NCBI RefSeq assembly: GCF_000260965.1
Contig: NC_017856.1
Span: forward strand, 2,340,001-2,372,000
Reading direction: 5' to 3'
DNA: 32,000 nt
Source of the DNA: Methylophaga frappieri
Lineage (GTDB): Bacteria; Pseudomonadota; Gammaproteobacteria; Nitrosococcales; Methylophagaceae
How positions within the stretch are numbered: the stretch's first letter is position 1; every line of letters starts with the position of its first letter. Of the stretch, positions 1 through 8,302 are shown piece after piece. The translations under genes and the position numbers were made by a program. The notes under the pieces were generated by a model. It did not search any database, was not told the origin of the DNA, and saw only the letters and a program-made list of their open reading frames with translations.

Positions 1-1161
1 TCGACCGGTCTGCCCAACGATTTATTAGATCAACGCGATAAATTACTGACCGATTTATCCAAGTTGGTATCAGTGAATACGGTGGAGCAAGATAACGGCT
101 CGTTGAGTGTTTTCATTGGCAATGGCCAATCGGTGGTGCAGGGATATTCAAACATTACCTTAAGCACCTTGCCAGATCCGACCGACAGCACACGCCTCAT
201 TGTGGCTTATGGGCCAAATAATATTGATGTCAGTGCGCAAATCAGTGGCGGCCGCTTAGGGGGATTACTGACGGTTCGCGGTAATGTGATTGATAAAGTG
301 CGTAGTGAGATTGATGCACTGGCGGTCGGTTTTACGCAAACCATGAATGCCCAGCATACCGCCGGTTTAACGCTGAGTGGTGCCGCCGGTGGCAATTTAT
401 TTGAACCTTCGGATCCGCTTGGCACGCCGCCAGCCAATGCGGCCAATATTCGTGTCGCGATAAGCAACCCTCGTGATCTTGCTGTTGCCTTTCCGGTTGC
501 GGTTCAAACAACGGCAACAAATGCCGGTACTGGAGCGGTCAGCATTGCCGTTGTTGATGGCAGCGATCCGGCTTTTAATGCGGCGAGCGCGTTGACCGGC
601 AATGCATTACTGACCTTTGATGCCACCACCAACGAGTATACGGTGGATTACAACGGGGAAACGGTCACTTTCACTTATAACCCGGTTACGGATAGCGGAC
701 GTGAGTTCGATTTAAATGCGCTGGGGCTCACCTCAGAATTACCGCTGACTATCGTTTTACAAGGCGTACCGGAAACGGGTGATAGCTTTTCGATTGGCAA
801 TAACTTTACGGGCGGCAACTTTACCGCAACCGGCGATAACCGCAATGCGCTAGCGATGGCGCGCTTACAGGTACAAAAAACATTGGATCCAGGTGCGACG
901 GGGTCGCCAACAGATAGTTTTAACGATATTTACGGCAATCTGCTGGCAGATATTGCCACCAGAACACAACAAGCTGAAAGCAACCAACAAACACAAAAAG
1001 GGCTTTTGGAACAAACGATTGCCCGAGCGCAGTCCGTTTCCGGCGTTAACCTTGATGAAGAAGCCGCCAATCTCATCAAATTTCAACAGTCTTATCAGGC
1101 GGCAGCCCAAGTGATTTCTGTGTCAAATACCATCTTCGACACGCTGATCAATTCTATATAG
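1..1161 (+). CDS. flgK: Flagellar hook-associated protein 1 (HAP1) FlgK, 5'-truncated by the window edge
   Basis: Frame 1 is open from nt 1 (STGLPNDLLDQRDKLLTDLSKLVSV...), so the start at 64 in the ORF track is an artefact. The C-terminus ...NLDEEAANLIKFQQSYQAAAQVISVSNTIFDTLINSI is the conserved FlgK/axial-protein heptad region. flgL follows directly. Confidence 0.9.
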   Translation, partial: STGLPNDLLDQRDKLLTDLSKLVSVNTVEQDNGSLSVFIGNGQSVVQGYSNITLSTLPDPTDSTRLIVAYGPNNIDVSAQISGGRLGGLLTVRGNVIDKVRSEIDALAVGFTQTMNAQHTAGLTLSGAAGGNLFEPSDPLGTPPANAANIRVAISNPRDLAVAFPVAVQTTATNAGTGAVSIAVVDGSDPAFNAASALTGNALLTFDATTNEYTVDYNGETVTFTYNPVTDSGREFDLNALGLTSELPLTIVLQGVPETGDSFSIGNNFTGGNFTATGDNRNALAMARLQVQKTLDPGATGSPTDSFNDIYGNLLADIATRTQQAESNQQTQKGLLEQTIARAQSVSGVNLDEEAANLIKFQQSYQAAAQVISVSNTIFDTLINSI

Positions 1162-1170
1162 GAGACGCTG

Positions 1171-2376
1171 ATGCGTATCTCAACCACCCAGATTTTTGAT
1201 CAGAATTTATCCGCTATGTTGGAGCAGCAGGCCAATTTGGCAAAAACCCAGAATCAGGTTTCTTCCGGCAAACGAATCACCCGACCTTCAGATGATCCCG
1301 TTGGCGCTGTAAGAGCGTTAAACCTGCAACGCGAACTGAATATTACGGAACAATATCTGGCAAATGCGACTATCGCGACGAATAAATTACAAAGTGAAGA
1401 ATCCTCGCTGAAAAGTGCTGCCGATATTTTGCAGCGCGTTCGCGAGTTGGCTGTGCAGGGCTTAAACGACAGTAACACTCAAGATGATCGTAAAGCCATT
1501 GCTGTCGAAATCAGACAGTTAAATCAACAATTATTGTCTCTGGCCAATGGCCGAGATAGTAATGGTGATTTTGTGTTCGCGGGCTTTGCGAATAGCACGC
1601 AACCTTATGACGGTATTTTTGGCAGCTATCAAGGTGACGAAGGACAACGGAATTTACAAATCAGCACTGGCGTGACCGTGGCCACCAATGATCCGGGCTC
1701 GGCTGTGTTTGAAACGCCGGTTGCGGATACGCGAATTGATCTCGCTGGGGTCACGGGGGCGATAACCGTGGATATTGTGGGAGACAGTAATGTGGATAGT
1801 ACGTTTGCCCCACTGACATTTGGCTTTGCCGAAGATCTGCTGAATCCCGGCACTTTTGATCTGACAATAACGGACACCGATGGCAATACGGTGACCTTGC
1901 CCTACCAGGCAGGTGACACCTTGGACCTCACCGAACTAAATGGTGAGTTTCCAAATTTATCACTCCGGCTTGATGGCGCCCCCAATGATGGTGACGCACT
2001 AACGATTGAACGGAGTCTTTCAGCCACCACTCAACCTGTTTTTCAGACAATTAGCCATTTTGCCGATGCGCTGGAAAATGATGCTGTGGGACCAAACGAT
2101 TCCCCCAATAATGGGCTGTTTCTCAGCAATCTGTCTGCGGCGCTCGATAATATCGTCGACAAGCGCGCGCAGGTAGGCGGCCGGTTGAATGCGATTGAGC
2201 AACAGACCGCTGTCAATGACGCGGTCAGTTTTAGTTTGAAAAGCAGTATTTCGGAAATTTCAGATTTGGATTATGCCGAAGCCATTACCCGACTGACCAA
2301 AGAAGTAACCAGCCTGCAGGCAGCACAGCAAACTTTTGCCCAAGTCCAAAACTTATCGTTATTTAACTTTATTTAA
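1171..2376 (+). CDS. flgL: Flagellar hook-associated protein 3 (HAP3) FlgL
   Basis: 401-aa ORF with a GGAG 7 nt upstream. It has a flagellin-superfamily N-terminus (MRISTTQIFDQ...GKRITRPSDDPVGA) and C-terminus (...LQAAQQTFAQVQNLSLFNFI). Its position after flgK fits. Confidence 0.92.
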   Translation: MRISTTQIFDQNLSAMLEQQANLAKTQNQVSSGKRITRPSDDPVGAVRALNLQRELNITEQYLANATIATNKLQSEESSLKSAADILQRVRELAVQGLNDSNTQDDRKAIAVEIRQLNQQLLSLANGRDSNGDFVFAGFANSTQPYDGIFGSYQGDEGQRNLQISTGVTVATNDPGSAVFETPVADTRIDLAGVTGAITVDIVGDSNVDSTFAPLTFGFAEDLLNPGTFDLTITDTDGNTVTLPYQAGDTLDLTELNGEFPNLSLRLDGAPNDGDALTIERSLSATTQPVFQTISHFADALENDAVGPNDSPNNGLFLSNLSAALDNIVDKRAQVGGRLNAIEQQTAVNDAVSFSLKSSISEISDLDYAEAITRLTKEVTSLQAAQQTFAQVQNLSLFNFI

Positions 2377-2388
2377 ATAACAAAAAGT

Positions 2389-2404
2389 TGGCGTGGTCCT
2401 TGCT
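2389..2404 (+). promoter_or_regulatory. Sigma54 (RpoN) -24/-12 promoter for flagellin 1
   Basis: TGGCGTggtccTTGCT compares well with the consensus TGGCAC-N5-TTGCW. GG lies at 2390-2391 and GC at 2402-2403, the correct 12-nt register. It sits 13 nt after the flgL stop and about 135 nt upstream of the flagellin ATG. Confidence 0.7.
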
Positions 2405-2540
2405 AAATAATCCCTACGCATGGTGAGTTTTTACTCTCAAGTGACTGAATATTAATGCCAAACAGCTTTGGCTAAATACTTATTTCAGAGGCTAAGCGGG
2501 ATGTGATGTGGGGCCTCTGCTAAATCAGGAGATTTATGTT

Positions 2541-4346
2541 ATGCCACAAATCATCAATACCAACATCGCTTCGTTAAATGCGCAGCGAAATTTGAATACA
2601 TCGCAAGAGTCGCTGGCGGTTTCACTCGAACGACTCTCATCGGGGTTACGGATTAACAGCGCTAAAGATGACGCTGCTGGTCTGGCCATTACAGAACGGT
2701 TTACCACCCAGATTCGTGGTTTAAATCAAGCGATTCGTAACGCTAATGATGGTATTTCTTTGTCGCAAACCGCCGAAGGGGCGTTGGGCGAAATGACCAG
2801 CAATTTGCAGCGAATCCGTGAACTGGCGGTTCAGTCTGCTAATGCGACCAACTCAGATTCTGATCGGGCAGCGCTGGATCAAGAGATTCAACAACGGCTA
2901 TCTGAAATTGATCGTATTGCCTCGCAAACCGCATTTAACGGTCGACGAATTCTGGATGGCACCTTCGGAAATGCTAATTTTCAGGTGGGTGCCAATGTCG
3001 GCGAAACCATCCGTCTGGAGCTGGAAACCAGTATGCGCCTCAACAGTATTGGCGCGGTTGCGGTGGCTAACACCTTAGATTTAAGTGGCCTGATTAGCGA
3101 TGGTGTTGATGCGACGGCAGGCAGTTATACAACCGGATCGCTGGCGGCGCTGGTCGGACAAGACCTGTCGAGTGCTGGCACGGGTGGTGTTTCTCAAACG
3201 CTGACAATTCCGAATGATGGCACTAACCCAACGGCATCTGATTTTTCGGTCAATAATGCAACGTTTTCTGTTGATGGTTTAGCCGTCACCCTGAATACCG
3301 ATTATAGCGGTGCGACGGATGCAACGGGTATTGCTGGGGATATTGAAACGGCATTGAATGCCTTGGCAGGTGCTGGCACGTATTCTGTTAACGCAACCGG
3401 CTTTGATATTGAGATCACCAATAATCTCAGTGCGGATGCGGTCACAATTTCTGCCGCCAATGCCGAAGCAACCGCATCGGGTTTGGTTAATGGTACTGGC
3501 GCTACAGGCACAGTTGGCACGGTGACCTTTGATGTTGATGGTAATACCGTCACTTTGGATGGCACTTATGCCAGCCTCGCTGATCTGGTAGCCAAGGTGC
3601 AGTCCGATCTGGATACGGCGGCGGCAGGCACCTACAGCGTTGCCGTTTCCGGAGCGGGAATTGAAATCACCAATATTGCAACGGGTGTGGCGTCAACTGC
3701 CGCGGTGGTTGATGGCTTTACTGGTGTCGGCTCAAGTGCCTTTGATAATGGCACAAGTGTCGATGGAACTGATGCTGTGGCGGGCCAAAGTATTACTGTT
3801 GCAGATGATTTTAGTATTCAAGTGGGAACGACCGATGCGGTTGCCGTTGCCAACGGTACCTACACCAGCGCTCAAGACTTGGTCGATGAAATTAATGTGA
3901 CCTTAGGCAGTAATGGCCGCGCCAGTTTGAATGATGACGGTACAGTCAGCATCACGGCGCTTGATGTCATTACCGTCAGTGGCGCCACCGGTCTGGTTAC
4001 GCTGGGATTGGATGAAACCACGGAACCGGCTGGCAATATGACCGGCGTGAATGTGCTGAGTGTCGAAGCGGCCAATGAAGCAATTAACCGCGTTGATGCA
4101 GGTTTGAAAGCAGTCAATGATTTGCGGAGTACGTTTGGTGCAATTCAGAACCGGTTTGAATCGACGATTGCCAACCTGGGGTCAACGGTTGAAAACTTGT
4201 CGGCCTCGCGCAGTCGGATTCTGGATGCCGACTTTGCGGCGGAAACTGCTAATCTGACGCGTGCCCAGATTTTACAACAGGCAGGCACCACCATTTTAGC
4301 GCAGGCCAATGCCTTGCCGCAGAACGTCTTGACATTGCTGGGCTAA
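2541..4346 (+). CDS. fliC: Flagellin paralog 1 (601 aa), sigma54-type promoter
   Basis: Conserved D0/D1 N-terminus ([18 protein letters not shown]...[19 protein letters not shown]...) and C-terminus (...[16 protein letters not shown]...ILQQAGTTILAQANALPQNVLTLLG). Start moved from ORF-track 2508 to ATG 2541, which has AGGAG at 2527-2531. The central domain is long and Thr/Ala/Gly/Val-rich. Confidence 0.95.
   Translation: MPQIINTNIASLNAQRNLNTSQESLAVSLERLSSGLRINSAKDDAAGLAITERFTTQIRGLNQAIRNANDGISLSQTAEGALGEMTSNLQRIRELAVQSANATNSDSDRAALDQEIQQRLSEIDRIASQTAFNGRRILDGTFGNANFQVGANVGETIRLELETSMRLNSIGAVAVANTLDLSGLISDGVDATAGSYTTGSLAALVGQDLSSAGTGGVSQTLTIPNDGTNPTASDFSVNNATFSVDGLAVTLNTDYSGATDATGIAGDIETALNALAGAGTYSVNATGFDIEITNNLSADAVTISAANAEATASGLVNGTGATGTVGTVTFDVDGNTVTLDGTYASLADLVAKVQSDLDTAAAGTYSVAVSGAGIEITNIATGVASTAAVVDGFTGVGSSAFDNGTSVDGTDAVAGQSITVADDFSIQVGTTDAVAVANGTYTSAQDLVDEINVTLGSNGRASLNDDGTVSITALDVITVSGATGLVTLGLDETTEPAGNMTGVNVLSVEAANEAINRVDAGLKAVNDLRSTFGAIQNRFESTIANLGSTVENLSASRSRILDADFAAETANLTRAQILQQAGTTILAQANALPQNVLTLLG
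3258..3962 (+). repeat. Three tandem protein-level modules (flagellin-IN-like) in the variable domain of flagellin 1
   Basis: The repeated pattern is F-x-V-D-G-x-x-V-T-L-(2-3)-Y-(4-6)-L/I-(5-7)-L followed by G-x-Y-x-V...I-x-I-T. Module 1 is ATFSVDGLAVTLNTDYSG...AGTYSVNATGFDIEITNN (3258-3425). Module 2 is TVTFDVDGNTVTLDGTYASLADLVAKVQSDLD...AGTYSVAVSGAGIEITNI (3519-3677). Module 3 is DFSIQVGTTDAVAVANGTYTSAQDLVDEINVTLG...DGTVSITAL (3807-3962). Confidence 0.6.
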
Positions 4347-4370
4347 GCCAACCGCGCAATAGTACTTTTT

Positions 4371-4408
4371 AAACCCGCTTACTGGAAACGGTAAGCGGGT
4401 TTTTCTTT
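4371..4408 (+). terminator. Rho-independent terminator after flagellin 1
   Basis: Perfect 12-bp stem: AAACCCGCTTAC (4371-4382) pairs with GTAAGCGGGTTT (4391-4402). The loop is 8 nt and a T-rich tail TTTTCTTT follows. It lies 25 nt after the stop codon. Confidence 0.85.
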
Positions 4409-4525
4409 GGGCGAAAGTTGCCGGTTTTACTATGATCTCAAGTCAACCGGCAAAAATTGCCTGTTAGCAATATGTGATGCAGCACACGCTTTTCTGAAAT
4501 AAGTTAAAAATTTGTTCATGGAACC

Positions 4526-4552
4526 TAAAGTTTAGTTCAGCCGGGTCGTTAA
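4526..4552 (+). promoter_or_regulatory. Sigma28 (FliA) promoter for flagellin 2
   Basis: TAAAGTTT-N11-GTCGTTAA versus the consensus TAAAGTTT-N11-GCCGATAA. The -35 element is 8/8, the -10 element is 6/8, and the spacing is exact. It sits about 90 nt upstream of the ATG at 4641. Confidence 0.7.
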
Positions 4553-4640
4553 CCACTCCGGAGGCAGTAAAGATGTCTGGAATGTCTAACTGCCAATAAT
4601 GAAACGGGTAGGTGCCCGACTTCCCTTAGGAGAAATCACC

Positions 4641-6437
4641 ATGGCTCAAATTATTAACACTAACGTTGCCTCACTGAATGCGCAGCGTAATCTGACCACT
4701 TCACAATCGTCTCTGGCTGTCTCGTTGGAACGTTTGTCTTCAGGCTTGCGTATTAACAGCGCGAAGGATGACGCGGCAGGTCTGGCTATTTCTGAACGGT
4801 TCACTACGCAAATCCGTGGTTTGAATCAGGCGATTCGAAATGCCAACGACGGTATCTCACTGTCACAAACAGCTGAGGGCGCACTGGGCGAAATCGGTAA
4901 CAACCTGCAACGTATCCGTGAACTGGCGGTGCAATCTGCAAACGCAACCAACTCGGCTTCTGACCGTGCCGCATTGGATCAAGAGGTTCAACAACGTCTG
5001 GCGGAAATTGATCGTATCGCCTCGCAAACCTCATTCAACGGTCGTAAAATTCTCGACGGCTCCTTTGGTAATGCGCTTTTCCAAGTCGGTGCCAATGTGG
5101 GTGAAACGATTTCTTTAGATTTGAATACCAGTATCCGTCAAGCTGATATTGGCGCGATTGCTTCTGCAACTACGGTGGATTTAGATACTTTGGTTGCTGA
5201 AGGAACAACTGGTGTTGCTGGTTCATACACCACTGGTGATTTATCAAGTCTTGATTTCTCGACTGCTGCCGTACCGTTTGCTGGTGGTTCAGCTTCTACT
5301 ACAGGCGGTATTTCAGTCACTGACTACCAAGCTGGTGCAGCGGTGACGTTTGATGTTGATGGCATTGGTATCAATCTAAATGCTGATTACACAGACCTTG
5401 CGGGTGTTACCCAAGAAATCCAAGATCAGTTAGACGTAGCAAATGCTGGTGAGTACGTAGTGACTGATGATGGTACAGACATCACGATCACTAAAACTGC
5501 AACAGCAGCCAATCCAACTGATGCCGTTGTTATCGATAATGGTACAGGTACTACCGAAGCGGAGTTCACTGGCGCAACAGGTGCTGCTGGTACGGCTGAA
5601 GTCGTAACAAGTAATTTAGTATTTGATGTTGATGGTGAGACAGTTACGTTAGATGGTGATTATGCTGACATCGATGCATTAGTAACCGCCCTTCAAACTG
5701 AGTTAGATGGTTTGAGCGGTGGCGCAGGTGTGTACACAGCGGCTGCCGTTGATGCTGATAGCTTCAGTATAACAAGTGTTGCAACTGGTGCTAACACAGC
5801 TGTTGTTGATAACTTTCAAACCACCTCTATCACAGGTGCTTCTGGTGGTACTCAGGTAGCTGGTGTTGATGATACTGCTGCTCTGACACTTACTATTAGC
5901 GATCTGACGGTTCAAGTTGGTGACGGGACTGCGGTTGCGGTTGCTAATGCGACTTACACTTCTATTGATGATTTGGTTGCGGCAATTAATACGTCATTGG
6001 GTGGCAATGCAACAGCAAGCCTTGGTGATGACAATGTGCTGACTATCACCAGCTCAGAAACAGTTACAATCGCTGGTGGTGATGCTGGCACGGTATTTAC
6101 CGCAACCAGCTTTGCAGCTGCCGGTAGCCTGTCGACGGTTGATGTTAATGATGTGACAGCGGCTAATGATGCTATACAGCGTATTGACTCTGCATTGACT
6201 TCAGTCAGTGACCTGCGTAGTACTTTCGGTGCGATTCAAAACCGTTTTGAATCCACGATTGCGAACCTGGGTTCAACCGTTGAAAATCTGTCGGCTTCTC
6301 GTAGCCGGATTTTGGATGCGGACTTTGCGGCAGAAACTGCAAACCTGACCCGTGCGCAAATCCTGCAGCAGGCGGGTATCTCCATTCTGTCACAGGCAAA
6401 TGCTTTGCCTCAGACAGTACTGGGCCTGTTGGGCTAA
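4641..6437 (+). CDS. fliC: Flagellin paralog 2 (598 aa), sigma28-type promoter
   Basis: Conserved flagellin N-terminus ([18 protein letters not shown]...) and C-terminus, including 56 residues identical to paralog 1. Start moved from ORF-track 4599 to ATG 4641, which has AGGAG at 4628-4632. Codon usage is visibly enriched in GGT/GCT/ACT/GTT/CGT. Confidence 0.95.
   Translation: MAQIINTNVASLNAQRNLTTSQSSLAVSLERLSSGLRINSAKDDAAGLAISERFTTQIRGLNQAIRNANDGISLSQTAEGALGEIGNNLQRIRELAVQSANATNSASDRAALDQEVQQRLAEIDRIASQTSFNGRKILDGSFGNALFQVGANVGETISLDLNTSIRQADIGAIASATTVDLDTLVAEGTTGVAGSYTTGDLSSLDFSTAAVPFAGGSASTTGGISVTDYQAGAAVTFDVDGIGINLNADYTDLAGVTQEIQDQLDVANAGEYVVTDDGTDITITKTATAANPTDAVVIDNGTGTTEAEFTGATGAAGTAEVVTSNLVFDVDGETVTLDGDYADIDALVTALQTELDGLSGGAGVYTAAAVDADSFSITSVATGANTAVVDNFQTTSITGASGGTQVAGVDDTAALTLTISDLTVQVGDGTAVAVANATYTSIDDLVAAINTSLGGNATASLGDDNVLTITSSETVTIAGGDAGTVFTATSFAAAGSLSTVDVNDVTAANDAIQRIDSALTSVSDLRSTFGAIQNRFESTIANLGSTVENLSASRSRILDADFAAETANLTRAQILQQAGISILSQANALPQTVLGLLG
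5343..6056 (+). repeat. Three tandem protein-level modules (flagellin-IN-like) in the variable domain of flagellin 2
   Basis: Module 1 is [31 protein letters not shown]...[17 protein letters not shown] (5343-5498). Module 2 is [31 protein letters not shown]...[18 protein letters not shown] (5616-5780). Module 3 is [34 protein letters not shown]...[10 protein letters not shown] (5901-6056). Confidence 0.6.
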
Positions 6438-6446
6438 TATCCTGAT

Positions 6447-6480
6447 GGTGTCCGTAGACTGCTGCGGACACCTCCTTTTA
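6447..6480 (+). terminator. Hairpin or weak terminator after flagellin 2
   Basis: GGTGTCCG (6447-6454) pairs with CGGACACC (6465-6472), followed by TCCTTTTATT. The T-tract is interrupted. flaG starts only 23 nt downstream, so termination is probably partial. Confidence 0.5.
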
Positions 6481-6502
6481 TTGAATTAGAAGGAGTCAAA
6501 AA

Positions 6503-6898
6503 ATGGATATTAACAATCTGAGTTCATTGCCCCCTGCTGGTCAAAAGACCAGCGGGGATTTGGCATTGAAAGTTGATAACCGGGCTGCTGAAGCTGGAAC
6601 AGATGTTGCATCAATACAAGCAACTTCGCAATCAGCGCAGGCGGGTGGCACCCAATCAGAAAATGCGGCACAAGAGGTCTCGCAAGCGGTGTCACAAATT
6701 AATGACTATGTTCAGAATATGCAGCGATCACTGCAATTCAGTGTTGATGAACTGAGCGGCAGAAATGTCGTGACGGTTATCGACAAAGAAACAGAAGAAG
6801 TGATTCGGCAAATTCCGTCAGAAGAAGTCTTGTCCATTGCAAGATCGATTGCGTCACAATTTGATGATGGGTTGAGTTTGTTCAACTCGCAGGCATAG
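6503..6898 (+). CDS. flaG: FlaG family flagellar protein
   Basis: 131-aa ORF with AGGAG at 6491-6495. The C-terminal block LQFSVDELSGRNVVTVIDKETEEVIRQIPSEEVL is the FlaG signature. The flagellin-flaG-fliD position is conserved. Confidence 0.85.
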   Translation: MDINNLSSLPPAGQKTSGDLALKVDNRAAEAGTDVASIQATSQSAQAGGTQSENAAQEVSQAVSQINDYVQNMQRSLQFSVDELSGRNVVTVIDKETEEVIRQIPSEEVLSIARSIASQFDDGLSLFNSQA

Positions 6899-6918
6899 TT
6901 GCCGCATAGGAGCAAATC

Positions 6919-8292
6919 ATGGCAATCACGGCAGGTGGCATTGGTTCAGGCATTGACGTTAACGGATTGGTATCTCAACTGGTTAGCGCAGAAGGCGATC
7001 CGGTTACCCAACGCCTGGATAATAAACAAGCATCAATTCAACAGGACTTGTCGGCGTTTGGCACATTGAAATCAGCGTTGTCCCGATTTCAGGATAGTGT
7101 CAAAGCATTACAGACGCCGGATAACTTCTTGGAACGCAACGCCACTTCTTCTGATGAGTCTCTGTTTACTGTTAGCGCCGACAAGGATGCGGTGCGCGGT
7201 AGTTATGCCATTGAAGTACAACAATTAGCACAAGCTGCTAAGGTGCGCTCTGACAGTTTTCAAGCCGATGAAGCTCTCGGAACGGGAACACTGACGCTGT
7301 CTCTTGGCAGTGACAGTTTTGAGATAACAATCGATCCAGAAAATAACACCCTGGCTGGCATACAACAGGCGATAAATTCGGCCACCGATAATCCGGGCAT
7401 TTTGGCGTCGGTTATAAATCTAGATGATGGTAATCAGCGTTTAATTCTGACCTCCGAAAAGTTGGGTGAGACAAACCAAATTACGCTTTCCGCTAGTGAT
7501 GACAATGCCAGCGATGGCGTGGATCTTGGTCAATTACAAACTTTGACCACCATTAATGCGGCACAAGATGCTCAGATATTAATTGATGGACAACAGATCA
7601 GTCGTGATAGCAACACAATTGATGATGTGATTGATGGTGTGACATTTACGCTGCTCAAGGCGGATACAGAAACGGTTGCCACCGCTAACATCGAACTGGA
7701 TAACAGCGCAGTTAAGTCGCGCGTTGAAAGTTTTGTGGCCGCCTACAATACGCTCAATACCACGATTAACAATCTGTCTTCTTATAATGCAGATACGGGG
7801 GCGGCTGGCGCTTTATTAGGCGATTCCGCATTAAGAGGCGTACAAACGCAACTGCGCCAAACGTTGACCAGTGCCATTAATGGTGTCGACATCAGCACGT
7901 TGGCAGAACTGGGCGTGACCACCAATCAGGACAACGGAAATCTGCAGATTGACAGCGAGCGTCTTGATAATGCCATTAATCAGAATTTCAGCGCTGTCGC
8001 GGATTTATTTGCTTCTGAAAACGGTTTGGCAGTGCAATTGGCTGGCGTGCTGACACGTTATACCAGTACAGACGGTATTCTGGATTTGCGAACTAATGGC
8101 CTGCGAAATCAGCTGGAAGATATCGGTGATTCACGAGAACGACTTGCCTTGCGACTTGAGGGTCTGGAGGCACGTTATCGTGCACAGTTTACGGCGATGG
8201 ATACCTTGGTCGCCCAGCTGCAAAGTCTGAGTGGCTATCTGGATCAGCAGTTAGCGAACTTGCCGCTTTCGAATATCAATCGGGATCGATAA
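6919..8292 (+). CDS. fliD: Flagellar filament cap protein FliD (HAP2)
   Basis: 457 aa. The N-terminus is GIGSGIDVNGLVSQLVSAEGDPVTQRLDNKQASIQQDLSAFGTLKSAL. The C-terminus is RLEGLEARYRAQFTAMDTLVAQLQS. AGGAG lies at 6908-6912. Confidence 0.95.
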   Translation: MAITAGGIGSGIDVNGLVSQLVSAEGDPVTQRLDNKQASIQQDLSAFGTLKSALSRFQDSVKALQTPDNFLERNATSSDESLFTVSADKDAVRGSYAIEVQQLAQAAKVRSDSFQADEALGTGTLTLSLGSDSFEITIDPENNTLAGIQQAINSATDNPGILASVINLDDGNQRLILTSEKLGETNQITLSASDDNASDGVDLGQLQTLTTINAAQDAQILIDGQQISRDSNTIDDVIDGVTFTLLKADTETVATANIELDNSAVKSRVESFVAAYNTLNTTINNLSSYNADTGAAGALLGDSALRGVQTQLRQTLTSAINGVDISTLAELGVTTNQDNGNLQIDSERLDNAINQNFSAVADLFASENGLAVQLAGVLTRYTSTDGILDLRTNGLRNQLEDIGDSRERLALRLEGLEARYRAQFTAMDTLVAQLQSLSGYLDQQLANLPLSNINRDR

Positions 8293-8302
8293 GCACATTT
8301 AA

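Noticed and set aside
64-1161. ORF-track start of flgK at nt 64
   Set aside because: The same frame is open back to nt 1 and encodes typical FlgK sequence (PNDLLDQRDKLL). The gene is therefore simply cut by the window edge.
2508-2540. N-terminal extensions in the ORF track. Affected starts are flagellin 1 at 2508, flagellin 2 at 4599, fleR at 11937, fliI at 16963 and cheY at 19239.
   Set aside because: In each case a downstream ATG has a proper SD and begins the conserved family N-terminus. These are [34 protein letters not shown] and MIRILTVDD. The extensions lie in intergenic DNA or inside the preceding gene.
2377-2540. Flagellin glycosylation island between flgL and the flagellin, as in some pseudomonads
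   Set aside because: Only 164 nt of non-coding DNA lie here, holding a promoter and leader. No glycosyltransferase or nonulosonic-acid genes occur anywhere in the window, so glycosylation cannot be argued from this sequence.
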